Below, piece by piece: positions 18,632 to 29,027 of a DNA stretch of 64,000 bases. The stretch comes from Dehalococcoidia bacterium (GTDB lineage: Bacteria; Chloroflexota; Dehalococcoidia; Lucifugimonadales; UBA3495): NCBI GenBank assembly GCA_034420475.1, contig DAOULH010000034.1:4956-68955 (forward strand), written 5' to 3'. A program made the position numbers and the translations under genes. The notes beneath the pieces are model-generated. The model saw nothing but the letters and a program-made list of their open reading frames with translations, was not told the origin of the DNA and made no database searches. The number at the start of each line of letters is the position of its first letter. The first letter of the stretch is position 1.

Positions 18632-19086
18632 GCGGGCAGTTAAACGCAGGTCTGCACAACCATCAACCTGCCCTTAAACAAGGAGGCCATATGAGTGCAG
18701 CCGCGCTTTCAGCGCACCGACAATCGTCGGAACCGGACTCTATGCGGTCCCGTGATATGCGGGACCAGTGCAACGGCACTCTGCTTTTGGGATGCGGCCG
18801 CCCAAGCACGGATGACACCATCCGCGGGCGGGCCAAACACCAGCTGCCCTGCGAGCCTTAGCTGCTCGCAGCCTGAAACGGGCGGCGGAAGTAGCGCTCC
18901 GCCACACGCCCTCCCCACTCGGGTTTTCGCCGCAACGCCGACTGATGGCTGGCGCGTAACCGAACGTGTCCATCCGCACTTGGGGCATTCGTGCCTCCAC
19001 CCGGCCGCGACGGCAAACTGGGCCGAAATCAGGCCAAAAATCCACCATTGCCAACAAAGCTTGGCCATCAAAGACGAGGAGCAAAT

Positions 19087-19476
19087 ATGAGAGAAGTCCT
19101 TAGGTCCAAAATCCATCGCTGTTGGGTGACCAGTTCCAACCTGGGGTACGTGGGCAGCATCCTCATCGACCGTGATCTCATGGAGCAGACGGACATCGTC
19201 GCCTTCGAGAAGGTCCAGGTGCTGAATATCAACAACGGCGCCCGCTGGGAAACCTACGCCCTGCCGGCTGAGCGCGGCAGCGGCACCATCGCCGTTCAAG
19301 GCGCCGCCGCCCGGCTGTGCCAGGAGCGCGACTGCCTCATCATCCTCGCTTTTGAGGTCACCGACGAGCCTGTGGATCCCCGCATGGTGTTGGTCGACGA
19401 GAACAACAAATTCCTGGAGTGGATCGAAGGTTCAATGTATGCCGAACCCCAGCCCGAGCCCGTCGCGCTTTTCTGA
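19087..19476 (+). CDS. panD: aspartate 1-decarboxylase
   Basis: MREVLRSKIHRCWVTSSNLGYVGSILIDRDLM with the Gly-Ser self-processing site (VGS). AGGAG RBS 6 nt upstream of ATG 19087. Confidence 0.85.
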   Translation: MREVLRSKIHRCWVTSSNLGYVGSILIDRDLMEQTDIVAFEKVQVLNINNGARWETYALPAERGSGTIAVQGAAARLCQERDCLIILAFEVTDEPVDPRMVLVDENNKFLEWIEGSMYAEPQPEPVALF

Positions 19477-20299
19477 GCGGGAGACGGAAGAATACTACGA
19501 CGCTGAGGACGCCCTCTACCGTTCCTTCTGGGACGCGGAGGGCTCCCTCCACTGGGGAGTGTTCAACTCTCCGGAAGAACCGGGATCGGCCCACGAAGTC
19601 AGGGAAGGCTTTCTCAATGCCTGCTCCCGCCTGAATGGCATCATGCTGGAGAACTCCGGCATCGACGGTTCGGCTCGGGTCCTTGACCTGGGCTGCGGAA
19701 ACGGGAACACGGCCACCTGGTTGTGCCGCGCCACCGACGCCCACGTTACGGGCATCGACCTGAGCGGGGTCCGCATCGCCAACGCCATCGCGTCGATGGC
19801 CGCGGCGCCGGAGCTGGCCCCGCGCATGGAGTTTCACAAGGCTTCGGCCACCGAACTCCCCTTCGCGGACGGCGCCTTCTCCCACGTCTGGAGCCAGGCC
19901 ACTATCTACCACATCCCTGATAAGGAAAAGACGCTGCAGGAAGCGTACCGGGTGTTGGGGCCCGGCGGCGTGATGGTCTTTGACGACCTCACCAAACCCA
20001 GGCCCGACATCAGCGACGAAGCGCGCACTTTCGTGTACGACCGGCTGCTGTTCGACACCGACTTCAGCTTCTACTCGTACATGGACGCCCTGCGCGAAAC
20101 CGGCTTCAAGGTGCTGGAGGCCCGCGACCTGTCCGCGCATCTGGCCCGCAGCTATTCCTGCCTGTCGCAGATGGCCGCCACCGGCGCAGACCCCGAACGG
20201 CAAGAACGTTTCGCCGCGCTCTCCGACGCCTACCTGAAGATGGTGAAGGCGGTGCGCAACGAAGAACTGGGCTGGGCCCAATACCTCTGCGTCAAGTAG
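19439..20299 (+). CDS. SAM-dependent N-methyltransferase, sarcosine/dimethylglycine N-methyltransferase-like, paralog 1
   Basis: ETEEYYDAEDALYRSFWDAEGSLHWGVF, VLDLGCGNGN, C-terminal ELGWAQYLCVK. Start ATG 19439 overlaps the panD 3' end by 38 nt. Confidence 0.75.
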   Translation: MPNPSPSPSRFSERETEEYYDAEDALYRSFWDAEGSLHWGVFNSPEEPGSAHEVREGFLNACSRLNGIMLENSGIDGSARVLDLGCGNGNTATWLCRATDAHVTGIDLSGVRIANAIASMAAAPELAPRMEFHKASATELPFADGAFSHVWSQATIYHIPDKEKTLQEAYRVLGPGGVMVFDDLTKPRPDISDEARTFVYDRLLFDTDFSFYSYMDALRETGFKVLEARDLSAHLARSYSCLSQMAATGADPERQERFAALSDAYLKMVKAVRNEELGWAQYLCVK

Positions 20300-20348
20300 A
20301 CGCGCCAAGATCTGAGCTACGAGATCTGAGCTACGAAAGGAGCAATGT

Positions 20349-21200
20349 ATGGTAACGGGTCACCGGTTTTCGGAACAGGAGACCGAGGAATACTACGACG
20401 CCGAGGACGTCATCTACCGCTCCGTGTGGGACGCCGACGGCAGCGTACACTGGGGGGTCTTCGACAACGAACCCACCAGCGATGACAACATCCGCGAGGA
20501 ATTCCGCAGCGCGGGCATCCGCCTCAACGAACTGATGGTGGAATACGCGGGCATCGGCGCCAACTGTCGGGTTCTCGACGTCGGCTGCGGCAACGGTACC
20601 AATGTGGTCTGGGTGCATCGGAACACCGGCGCCCATGCGACCGGCATCGACCTCAGCGGAGTCCGCATCGCCAACGCCGTGGCATCCCTGGAACAGATGC
20701 CGGAACTCGCCGGAAAAGTGGCATTTGAGAAGGCCTCTGCGACTGACCTCCCCTTTGCGGAGGGAGCGTTCACCCACGTCTGGAGCCAGGCCACCGTTTA
20801 CCACGTGCCCGACAAGGTCAAGGTGCTTGAGGAAGCCTTCCGCGTTCTCGAACCCGGCGGCCAGCTCATCTTCGATGACCTTATCAAGCCCCGTGCCAAT
20901 ATCAGCGAATCGGCGCGCAAGTTCGTTTACGACCGCCTGCTCTTCGACACCGACTTCAGCTTCTACTCGTACATGGATGCGTTGGTCAAGGTGGGTTTCC
21001 GCGTGATGCAGGCCCGCGACCTGTCGTCCCACCTCGCCCGCAGCTACACCTACCTGTCCCGGTTGGCGTCCATTGCGGAAGGTCCGGAGGGATACCAGGA
21101 CCGCTTCGACTACCTGACCGACGCCTACATGAAGACCGTGGAAGCCATCAACAACGACGAGCTGGGATGGGCGCAGTACCTGTGCATCAAGCCGGCCTAG
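20349..21200 (+). CDS. SAM-dependent N-methyltransferase, sarcosine/dimethylglycine N-methyltransferase-like, paralog 2
   Basis: 283 aa, by eye ~60% identical to paralog 1 (ETEEYYDAEDVIYRSVWDADGSVHWGVF; VLDVGCGNGT; ELGWAQYLCIK). AAGGAG RBS 6 nt upstream. Confidence 0.8.
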   Translation: MVTGHRFSEQETEEYYDAEDVIYRSVWDADGSVHWGVFDNEPTSDDNIREEFRSAGIRLNELMVEYAGIGANCRVLDVGCGNGTNVVWVHRNTGAHATGIDLSGVRIANAVASLEQMPELAGKVAFEKASATDLPFAEGAFTHVWSQATVYHVPDKVKVLEEAFRVLEPGGQLIFDDLIKPRANISESARKFVYDRLLFDTDFSFYSYMDALVKVGFRVMQARDLSSHLARSYTYLSRLASIAEGPEGYQDRFDYLTDAYMKTVEAINNDELGWAQYLCIKPA

Positions 21201-21228
21201 TCGCATACCAACTGCGGAGCAGATACCC

Positions 21229-21873
21229 ATGCCTGAATCGGGAAGCATCAATCCGGACGAGAGAGTCCAATGGGTCTACTCGTCCACCACCAACGACGAG
21301 TTGGCCGAGCGTTACGACCAGTGGGCCCAAGAGTACGACGACGATCTAGAAAACACTTTCGTCTGGCTCGCGCCCCTGCGCGGCGCCGAGACCCTCGCTG
21401 AGCACGTCGCCAAAAACGCCAAGATACTTGACGCCGGCGCCGGCACCGGCCTGGTCGGCGTGGAGCTCCAGCGTCTGGGTTACGGGGACATCTGCGCCAT
21501 GGACCTGTCGGAGGGAATGCTGGAGGAAGCCCGCTCCAAGGGCTGCTACAACGACTTCCGGCAGATGGCCCTGGGCGATCACCTGGATTTCGAAGCCAAC
21601 GCCTACGACGCGGTCATCAGCATCGGCGTCTTCACCCCGGGCCACGCGCCGCCCAATTCCTTCGTGGAACTTTGCCGTGTAACCAGGCCCGGCGGTCACA
21701 TCGTCTTCAGCATGCGCCCGGATACCCACGTCGAGCTGGGCTTCAAGGATCAGCAGGACGCCCTGGTGGAAAGCGGCGCCTGGTCCCTGGTCGGCGTCAC
21801 TGAGCCGTTCCAGCCCCTGCCCAAGGGGGAGCCGGAAGTGATGCACCAGATCTGGGTCTACCAGGTGAACTGA
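21229..21873 (+). CDS. class I SAM-dependent methyltransferase (Methyltransf_11/25-like)
   Basis: ILDAGAGTGLVGVELQRLGYGDICAMDLSEGML...RPGGHIVFS. GGAG 9 nt upstream of the ATG. Confidence 0.75.
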   Translation: MPESGSINPDERVQWVYSSTTNDELAERYDQWAQEYDDDLENTFVWLAPLRGAETLAEHVAKNAKILDAGAGTGLVGVELQRLGYGDICAMDLSEGMLEEARSKGCYNDFRQMALGDHLDFEANAYDAVISIGVFTPGHAPPNSFVELCRVTRPGGHIVFSMRPDTHVELGFKDQQDALVESGAWSLVGVTEPFQPLPKGEPEVMHQIWVYQVN

Positions 21874-22002
21874 CCCAACACCATCGCAAGTCCGACATGA
21901 TCGAGGGGCGGCCGTTCGGTCGCCCCATTACTTTGTCGCCGTGTGTCCCGGATGCGCACGAACCGGTTCTCCTCACGCGTACTCAGTTTGCGGCGGAGAA
22001 CC

Positions 22003-22111
22003 GTCAGAATCAGGATTTGCGGGATTTTATGATTTAGCAGGATTGGGGGATCTCCATCACAAAACGGTTCCAATCCTGATAATCCGCAAATCTTAAAATC
22101 CTGATTCTGAC
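22003..22111. repeat. A/T-rich nested inverted repeat (~109 bp)
   Basis: Outer arms gtcagaatcaggattt (22003-22018) and aaatcctgattctgac (22096-22111). Inner arms caggattgg and ccaatcctg. CAGGATT/AATCCTG occurs four times. Sits just upstream of the riboswitch promoter. Confidence 0.75.
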
Positions 22112-22150
22112 AATTTACGAAACTGGGTTCGCATGAGGCGGAACCCCGGC

Positions 22151-22179
22151 TTGACCGCCTGTTCACACCGTGATATTCT
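22151..22179 (+). promoter_or_regulatory. candidate promoter for the TPP-riboswitch transcript
   Basis: TTGACC (22151-22156), 17-nt spacer, TATTCT (22174-22179), about 25 nt upstream of the riboswitch P1 stem. Confidence 0.45.
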
Positions 22180-22202
22180 CGCGCTACAAAATCGAATAGG
22201 TT

Positions 22203-22322
22203 TCTGGCGGGAGCTTGGTTATGCCAGGCTGAGAGGGCGGCCGAAAAAAGCCGCCGACCGTAGCACCTGATCCGGGTAATGCCGGCGTAGGAAGTTGGAA
22301 TCATCTTTTACGTGCCGCCAGA
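22203..22322 (+). promoter_or_regulatory. TPP (THI-box) riboswitch
   Basis: Conserved cores GCUGAGA (22228-22234) and ACCUGAUCCGGGUAAUGCCGGCGUAGGAAG (22265-22294). P1 candidate tctggcgg (22203-22210) pairs with ccgccaga (22315-22322). Confidence 0.9.
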
Positions 22323-22398
22323 GTTTTAGAGCCTGGCGGTTTCTCGTTTTGCGGCAACCGCCTCCGTTCACCTATTCGAAGCAACCGGGAGGTTGGTT

Positions 22399-23898
22399 AT
22401 GCTGGATACCACCGTAGGGATCATTACCCTGGTAATCGCATGCGCCGTGTTCCTCGTCCTGGGCCTGACTTATGCCTGGCGTCGCCGTCGCCAGAGCGTG
22501 GAGGACTACACCACCTCCCGGAACCATGCCCCGTTCAACGTCGGTGTCGCCACCCTGGTCGCCTCAATGTTCGGGACCTGGGTGCTCCTCAGCCCCGGCG
22601 AGACCGGCGCTAACTTCGGCATCATCTCCCTGGTCGGCTACGCCCTGGGAATGGCGGGAATACCGGTGATGTTCATGTTCGTCGGCCCGCGCATCCGTGC
22701 GCTGATGCCCAACGGACACTCGGTCACCGAGTATGTGCGCCACCGCTTCGGGATGGTCCCGTTCGTCTCCATTTTCGTGGTCATCATCTTCGTCATCGGC
22801 ATCTTCATCACCGCGGAGATGACCGCCATCACCGCCGCGGTGAGCATCCTCACCGGTTCGCCGGCGTGGGCCACGGCGGTCGCCGTCGGGATCGTAGTCA
22901 TCGCCTACACCGCCTACGGTGGCCTCCGCGTCTCCATCTACACCGACCGCATCCAGTTCTGGATCCTGATCCCCGTCCTCCTGCTGCTGGTTATCGTTGC
23001 CGCCGTTCTGGTGGGCGGCTCCGGCGCCTGGGGCGAGGCCAAACAGGCCGGCCTGCTATCGGTCACCACCTCGGGCAGCTACTTCTTCGCCATCGTGCTG
23101 ATCATCGGCATCGTGGCGTCCAACGCCTTCCACCCCGGAATGTGGCAGCGCGTGTACACCGTGGAGAGCCAGGCGGCGCTGAACCGCAGCCTCTGGGGCG
23201 CGGCGGCCATCGCCATACCGTTGACCTTCCTGATGGGCATGGCCGGCATCGCCGCCGTCGGCAACGGTTCCGTCGGCCCCTTCCAGTACCCCGAGGTCGC
23301 CGCCGCCCTGTTCACCCTGGCCGCTGACGTGTTCCCCCTGTGGATGCACTTCCTGATCCTCATCTGCGCCCTCATGCTCGCCATGAGCACCCTGGACACC
23401 CTGATGAACGGCCTGGCCAGTGGCATGGCCGCCGACCTCGCCGGGATTGGCCTGGAACGGAGGATGCTGATGGGTTTGGCCCGAGCCGTCACCGTGATCG
23501 TGGCCATCCCGGCGATCATCGTGGCTTCCCAGGGCCACAGCGTGCTCTACGTCTTTCTCATCGCCGACCTGCTGGGCGCCGCCATCGCTGTGCCCATGCT
23601 GGTGGGCTTGTATTCCAGCCGTATGCCCGGCTGGGGAGTAATCCTCGCCGGAGCCGTTGGCATCGTCATCGGCGCCCTCTACTACCCCAAACCGGACCTG
23701 CTCTCCCCGTGGGCGCTCACCGCGCCCGCCGGAGGCCAGATGTTCTGGGCTTTCGCATCTGCGCTGGTGATCTCATCCGTCATTTCGGCGGTGGTGGTCC
23801 TGGGTCAGCGCATCGTGGCGCCCGACAGCCAGTACGACTTCGCCATCCTCAACTCCGACGTCAGCCTGATTGACGAACCCGCCGCAGCGGACGACTGA
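22399..23898 (+). CDS. sodium:solute symporter (SSS) family transporter, TPP-riboswitch controlled (ThiV-like, putative thiamine-precursor uptake)
   Basis: ~499-aa polytopic membrane protein with SSS-like organisation. GGGAGG RBS 6 nt before ATG 22399. Directly downstream of the riboswitch and upstream of thiC. Confidence 0.75.
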   Translation: MLDTTVGIITLVIACAVFLVLGLTYAWRRRRQSVEDYTTSRNHAPFNVGVATLVASMFGTWVLLSPGETGANFGIISLVGYALGMAGIPVMFMFVGPRIRALMPNGHSVTEYVRHRFGMVPFVSIFVVIIFVIGIFITAEMTAITAAVSILTGSPAWATAVAVGIVVIAYTAYGGLRVSIYTDRIQFWILIPVLLLLVIVAAVLVGGSGAWGEAKQAGLLSVTTSGSYFFAIVLIIGIVASNAFHPGMWQRVYTVESQAALNRSLWGAAAIAIPLTFLMGMAGIAAVGNGSVGPFQYPEVAAALFTLAADVFPLWMHFLILICALMLAMSTLDTLMNGLASGMAADLAGIGLERRMLMGLARAVTVIVAIPAIIVASQGHSVLYVFLIADLLGAAIAVPMLVGLYSSRMPGWGVILAGAVGIVIGALYYPKPDLLSPWALTAPAGGQMFWAFASALVISSVISAVVVLGQRIVAPDSQYDFAILNSDVSLIDEPAAADD

Positions 23899-25863
<1,965 letters not shown>

Positions 25864-25885
25864 GCGGCGACAGCCGTAGATCAGC

Positions 25886-25917
25886 AGGGGCGAATCCGTA
25901 GCCGCGGGTTCGCCCCT
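25886..25917 (+). terminator. hairpin 3' of thiC
   Basis: aggggcgaa-(14-nt loop)-ttcgcccct, 9-bp stem starting 23 nt after the thiC stop. Weak T tract. Confidence 0.45.
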
Positions 25918-25965
25918 ATTCATACACTATAATGGAGGCACATTCGCTCGCAAGGAGGCACGCAA

Positions 25966-26406
25966 ATGGCTGGGTCAGCCAAAGCCGATACATCCGCCCC
26001 ATCCGGCGACACCCCGATGCTGGCCCGCTTGACCGATGGGAGGAACATCGCCATTTTCAACTGGGCCAAGACCAGCTTGCCGGATGCGGAGTGGTTTGAG
26101 GTGGACTGCGACGATGAGGGCCGCATCGTGTTGACGCCGGCCAAAGACGTTCCGGCAGAGGCTTATGCCTGGGCGCAGCAGCGGGACGTGATAGCCGCCG
26201 CGCAGAAACCCCGCCCCTACGCCCACCTGACCACCGACGAATTGCGGGACGTGGAGATGACGCAGGAAGAGCGGCTTGCGGAGTTGGTCGCCCGTGGAGT
26301 CATTAGCCCCAACAAAAAAGTTCCCGGCCAGCTCTCAGTCAAGCCTGTAGCTCGCGTGCCCGGCGCGTTGGAACGCTTTTTGAAAGAACGCCGGGGGGAG
26401 GCCTAG
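25966..26406 (+). CDS. type II antitoxin (VapB-like) partner of the downstream PIN toxin
   Basis: 146-aa ORF with AGGAGG RBS. Its stop abuts the toxin ATG (TAGATG). The C-terminal VPGALERFLKERRGE tail is typical of antitoxins paired with PIN toxins. Confidence 0.55.
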   Translation: MAGSAKADTSAPSGDTPMLARLTDGRNIAIFNWAKTSLPDAEWFEVDCDDEGRIVLTPAKDVPAEAYAWAQQRDVIAAAQKPRPYAHLTTDELRDVEMTQEERLAELVARGVISPNKKVPGQLSVKPVARVPGALERFLKERRGEA

Positions 26407-26808
26407 ATGCTGGACATGCCGCATCCGCCAATCGCCTACGTGGACGGGTCGGCGTTGCTGTCTATCATTTTTGAGGAGAACGCCGGCGCGGCCACCAGCC
26501 GGCGGCTGGCGCAATTCACATCCCTGATTTCCTCAATCCTGCTAGAGGTGGAAGTTCGCGCCGCCATGTTCCGAGCGGGTCAGGATTACGATCCGCGTTG
26601 GCTGTCAGACATCAGGTGGATGTATCCGACCCGCCCGCTGGGCCCCGAAATCGCCGCCGCCTTGCAGGTTCGTTACTTACGAAGCGGCGACCTGTTGCAC
26701 GTCGCTACTGCGCTGTATGCTGTCAGAACATACGGTATAGAACTGGCTTTTGTCACCTTGGACAACGACCAGCAAGAGGTGGCCGCCGGCTTGGGATTCG
26801 CCACTTGA
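26407..26808 (+). CDS. vapC: PIN-domain toxin (VapC family)
   Basis: YVDGSALLSIIFEE..., SILLEVEV, SGDLLHVATAL, VTLDNDQ: the conserved acidic residues of the PIN fold in a 133-aa protein. Confidence 0.75.
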   Translation: MLDMPHPPIAYVDGSALLSIIFEENAGAATSRRLAQFTSLISSILLEVEVRAAMFRAGQDYDPRWLSDIRWMYPTRPLGPEIAAALQVRYLRSGDLLHVATALYAVRTYGIELAFVTLDNDQQEVAAGLGFAT

Positions 26809-26817
26809 ACACTTCAT

Positions 26818-26841
26818 AGGGGCGAAGATTTCTTCGCCCCT
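26818..26841. terminator. bidirectional hairpin between convergent vapC and the dioxygenase-like gene
   Basis: aggggcgaag-attt-cttcgcccct, a 10-bp perfect stem. Confidence 0.55.
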
Positions 26842-26868
26842 AAACTTTGACCTTATAGCGTTTGGGCT

Positions 26869-27915
26869 CTATCTGAACACCGCCAGGCACTTGGTGGAGT
26901 TGAAGATGTAGGTCTCGTACCAGTCCACGATCTCCGCCTGGTAGCCCAGTTCGTCCACCGCCCCCACCAGGCAGGCCCAGTTGAGCAGTTCCTGCTGGCC
27001 GGCGTCCTCAATCTGCGCGGTGGAGATTCCCGCCCACGCCTGGTAGTCACCTGCCTTCATTTCCTCGAACCGCGCCCGGTCCGATTCGATATCCGGATAC
27101 AGCCACCAGTTCTTTTCCGTCAGGAAAGCGTGGGACCATGACGAAGAGGCGATCAGGGCGACGCGCCACGGCGAGTCCTTGAGAGCCTGGGCCGCCGCCG
27201 CGCCAATCTGCATGCACCGCTTGGGCGATGGACCGGGCGGGTCCGGATCCGGCGAACGTTCCTCGCTGCCGCCCTGGTTGCGAATCACCCGGCTGCCGTA
27301 GCAGTTCACCAGCATCGGCACCACCGGATAGTCGAACCCCTTCCGGTCGTAATCAAGGTACAGGATCGTGTTCAGGATGGCGTGGCCCAGCCCCGGCTCG
27401 TGCAGCGGCTGGTAGGCATAGGACATGTCAACGCCCCGGTCGATCATGCCGGACACCAGCGCTCGCGCGCCTTCCTTGTGACCCTTGTAGTTGAACACCG
27501 TGTCCGCGCCTTCATCCCAAACATTCCGGCGCGCTGACCCATTGCCGTTGTCGAAGGGCTGGCAGTTGAATTCGTCGTAGGCCAGCACACAGAACGGCGG
27601 AATGATGTCCTCTTTGAAATTCTCGTACTGGTCGTCGCCCCAGATCACCACGAAGTCGGGGTTGAAGGCGTCCAGTTCCTTGCGCAGTTCGCGGAAGCCG
27701 GCCACCATACGCTCCCGCAGCCGCACCGCCGACGCGTAGCCCTCATCCTCACCGAATTCCACCCGCATGGGCTCCGGCCAGTTCAGCGGGTTCTTCATCT
27801 CGGCGGGGATCCGGTCGTTGGTACGCAGGGTCCGCTTCAACGACGATTCTCCGTCCTCGTCGGGCCGGATGAACGACGGCGAATGCGTCAGTCCCAGCCC
27901 CAGTATTTCCGCCAT
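26869..27915 (-). CDS. class III extradiol dioxygenase-like protein (LigB/MhpB superfamily), paralog A
   Basis: GLTHSPS, FNPDFVVIWGDDQYENFKEDIIPPFCVLAY, ASSSWSHAF parallel the MhpB segments [44 protein letters not shown] (from memory). Confidence 0.6.
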   Translation of the reverse strand: MAEILGLGLTHSPSFIRPDEDGESSLKRTLRTNDRIPAEMKNPLNWPEPMRVEFGEDEGYASAVRLRERMVAGFRELRKELDAFNPDFVVIWGDDQYENFKEDIIPPFCVLAYDEFNCQPFDNGNGSARRNVWDEGADTVFNYKGHKEGARALVSGMIDRGVDMSYAYQPLHEPGLGHAILNTILYLDYDRKGFDYPVVPMLVNCYGSRVIRNQGGSEERSPDPDPPGPSPKRCMQIGAAAAQALKDSPWRVALIASSSWSHAFLTEKNWWLYPDIESDRARFEEMKAGDYQAWAGISTAQIEDAGQQELLNWACLVGAVDELGYQAEIVDWYETYIFNSTKCLAVFR

Positions 27916-27943
27916 GATTGCCCTCCTTCCTCGATGTATTACC

Positions 27944-27971
27944 GCGGGGGCGAATAATCATTCGCCCCCGC
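27944..27971 (-). terminator. hairpin between the two dioxygenase-like paralogs
   Basis: gcgggggcgaa-taatca-ttcgcccccgc, 11-bp stem, 3' of the upstream (27993) gene on the minus strand. Confidence 0.4.
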
Positions 27972-27992
27972 CTGTGCACGTTATCCGACGGC

Positions 27993-29027
27993 CTACTTGA
28001 AAATCGCCAGGCACTTGTTGGAGTTGAACACGTAGGACTCGACGTAGTCGAGGATTTCAGGCTTGTAGTCCAGCGTGTCCATCGCGCCGGCCAGGCACAT
28101 CCAGTTCAGCATCTCCTGCTGGCCGGCGTCCTCCACCTGCTCCGTCGAGAGCCGGGACCAGGCCTGGTAATCACCGGCCTTGAGTTCCTCGAACCGGGCC
28201 CGGTCCGACTCCGTGTCAGGCCATAGCCAGTGGTTCTTCTCCACCAGGAAGGCGTGGGACCAGGACGACGAGGCGATCAGCGCCACGCGGTAGGGCGAGT
28301 CCTTCAGGGCCTCTGCCGTGGCCGCGCCGACCTGCAAGCACCGCTTGGGCGTCGGCCCGGGCGGGTCGGGATCCGGCAGGTATTCGACGGCGCCGCCCCG
28401 GTTGCGGATCACCCGGCTGCCGTAGCAGTTGACCAGCATCGGCACCACTGGATAATCGAACCCCTTGCGGTCGTAGTCCAAGTACAGCAGCGTGTTCAGG
28501 ATGGCGTGGCCCAAGCCGGGCTCGTGCAGCGGCTGGTAGGCGTAGGCCATGTCCACGCCCCGGTCGATCATGCCGGACACCAGCGCCCGCGCGGCCTCTT
28601 TGTTCCCCTGGTACTTGAAGACCTTGTCCTTGGGTTCGCCCCAGAAGTTCCGCTGCCGGTGAGCGAAAGGCTGGCACTCGAAATCGTCGTAGGCCAGCAC
28701 GCAGAAGGGCGGGATGATGTCCTCGCGGAAGTTCTCGTACTGGTCGTCGCCCCAGATCACCACGAAGTCGGGATTGAAGGCATCCAGCTCCTCGCGGATG
28801 CGACGGAAGCCGGCCACCAGCCGGGCTCGATGCTCCAGCGACGACGTGTAGCCCTCGTCCTCGCCGTACTCGATGCGCATGGGCTCCGGCCAACTGGTGG
28901 GGTTTTTCAGTTCGTCCGGGATGTTCTTGTTGCCCTTGAGCGTGCGCGTCAGCGGATACGCCCGATCTTCGTCGGGCGCCATCAAACCCGGGTAATGGGT
29001 CATGCCGAGGCCAAGTATTTCTGCCAT
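27993..29027 (-). CDS. class III extradiol dioxygenase-like protein (LigB/MhpB superfamily), paralog B
   Basis: By eye ~75% identical to paralog A over the full length. Start set at MAEILGLG (ATG 29027) to match paralog A. Confidence 0.6.
   Translation of the reverse strand: MAEILGLGMTHYPGLMAPDEDRAYPLTRTLKGNKNIPDELKNPTSWPEPMRIEYGEDEGYTSSLEHRARLVAGFRRIREELDAFNPDFVVIWGDDQYENFREDIIPPFCVLAYDDFECQPFAHRQRNFWGEPKDKVFKYQGNKEAARALVSGMIDRGVDMAYAYQPLHEPGLGHAILNTLLYLDYDRKGFDYPVVPMLVNCYGSRVIRNRGGAVEYLPDPDPPGPTPKRCLQVGAATAEALKDSPYRVALIASSSWSHAFLVEKNHWLWPDTESDRARFEELKAGDYQAWSRLSTEQVEDAGQQEMLNWMCLAGAMDTLDYKPEILDYVESYVFNSNKCLAIFK

Noticed and set aside
18508-19086. Checked the long spacer for tmRNA, RNase P RNA, SRP RNA and cobalamin/TPP riboswitch signatures
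   Set aside because: None of the conserved cores I know was found: the tmRNA 3' end and tag ORF, the RNase P GAGGAAAGUCC, the SRP GGAA/AGCA domain IV, the B12 box, or the THI box. It is kept only as an unclassified leader.
25928-25933. Perfect TATAAT upstream of the VapB-like gene as a promoter call
   Set aside because: No acceptable -35 element lies 16-18 nt away. It is possibly real but not supportable, so it was not listed as a feature.
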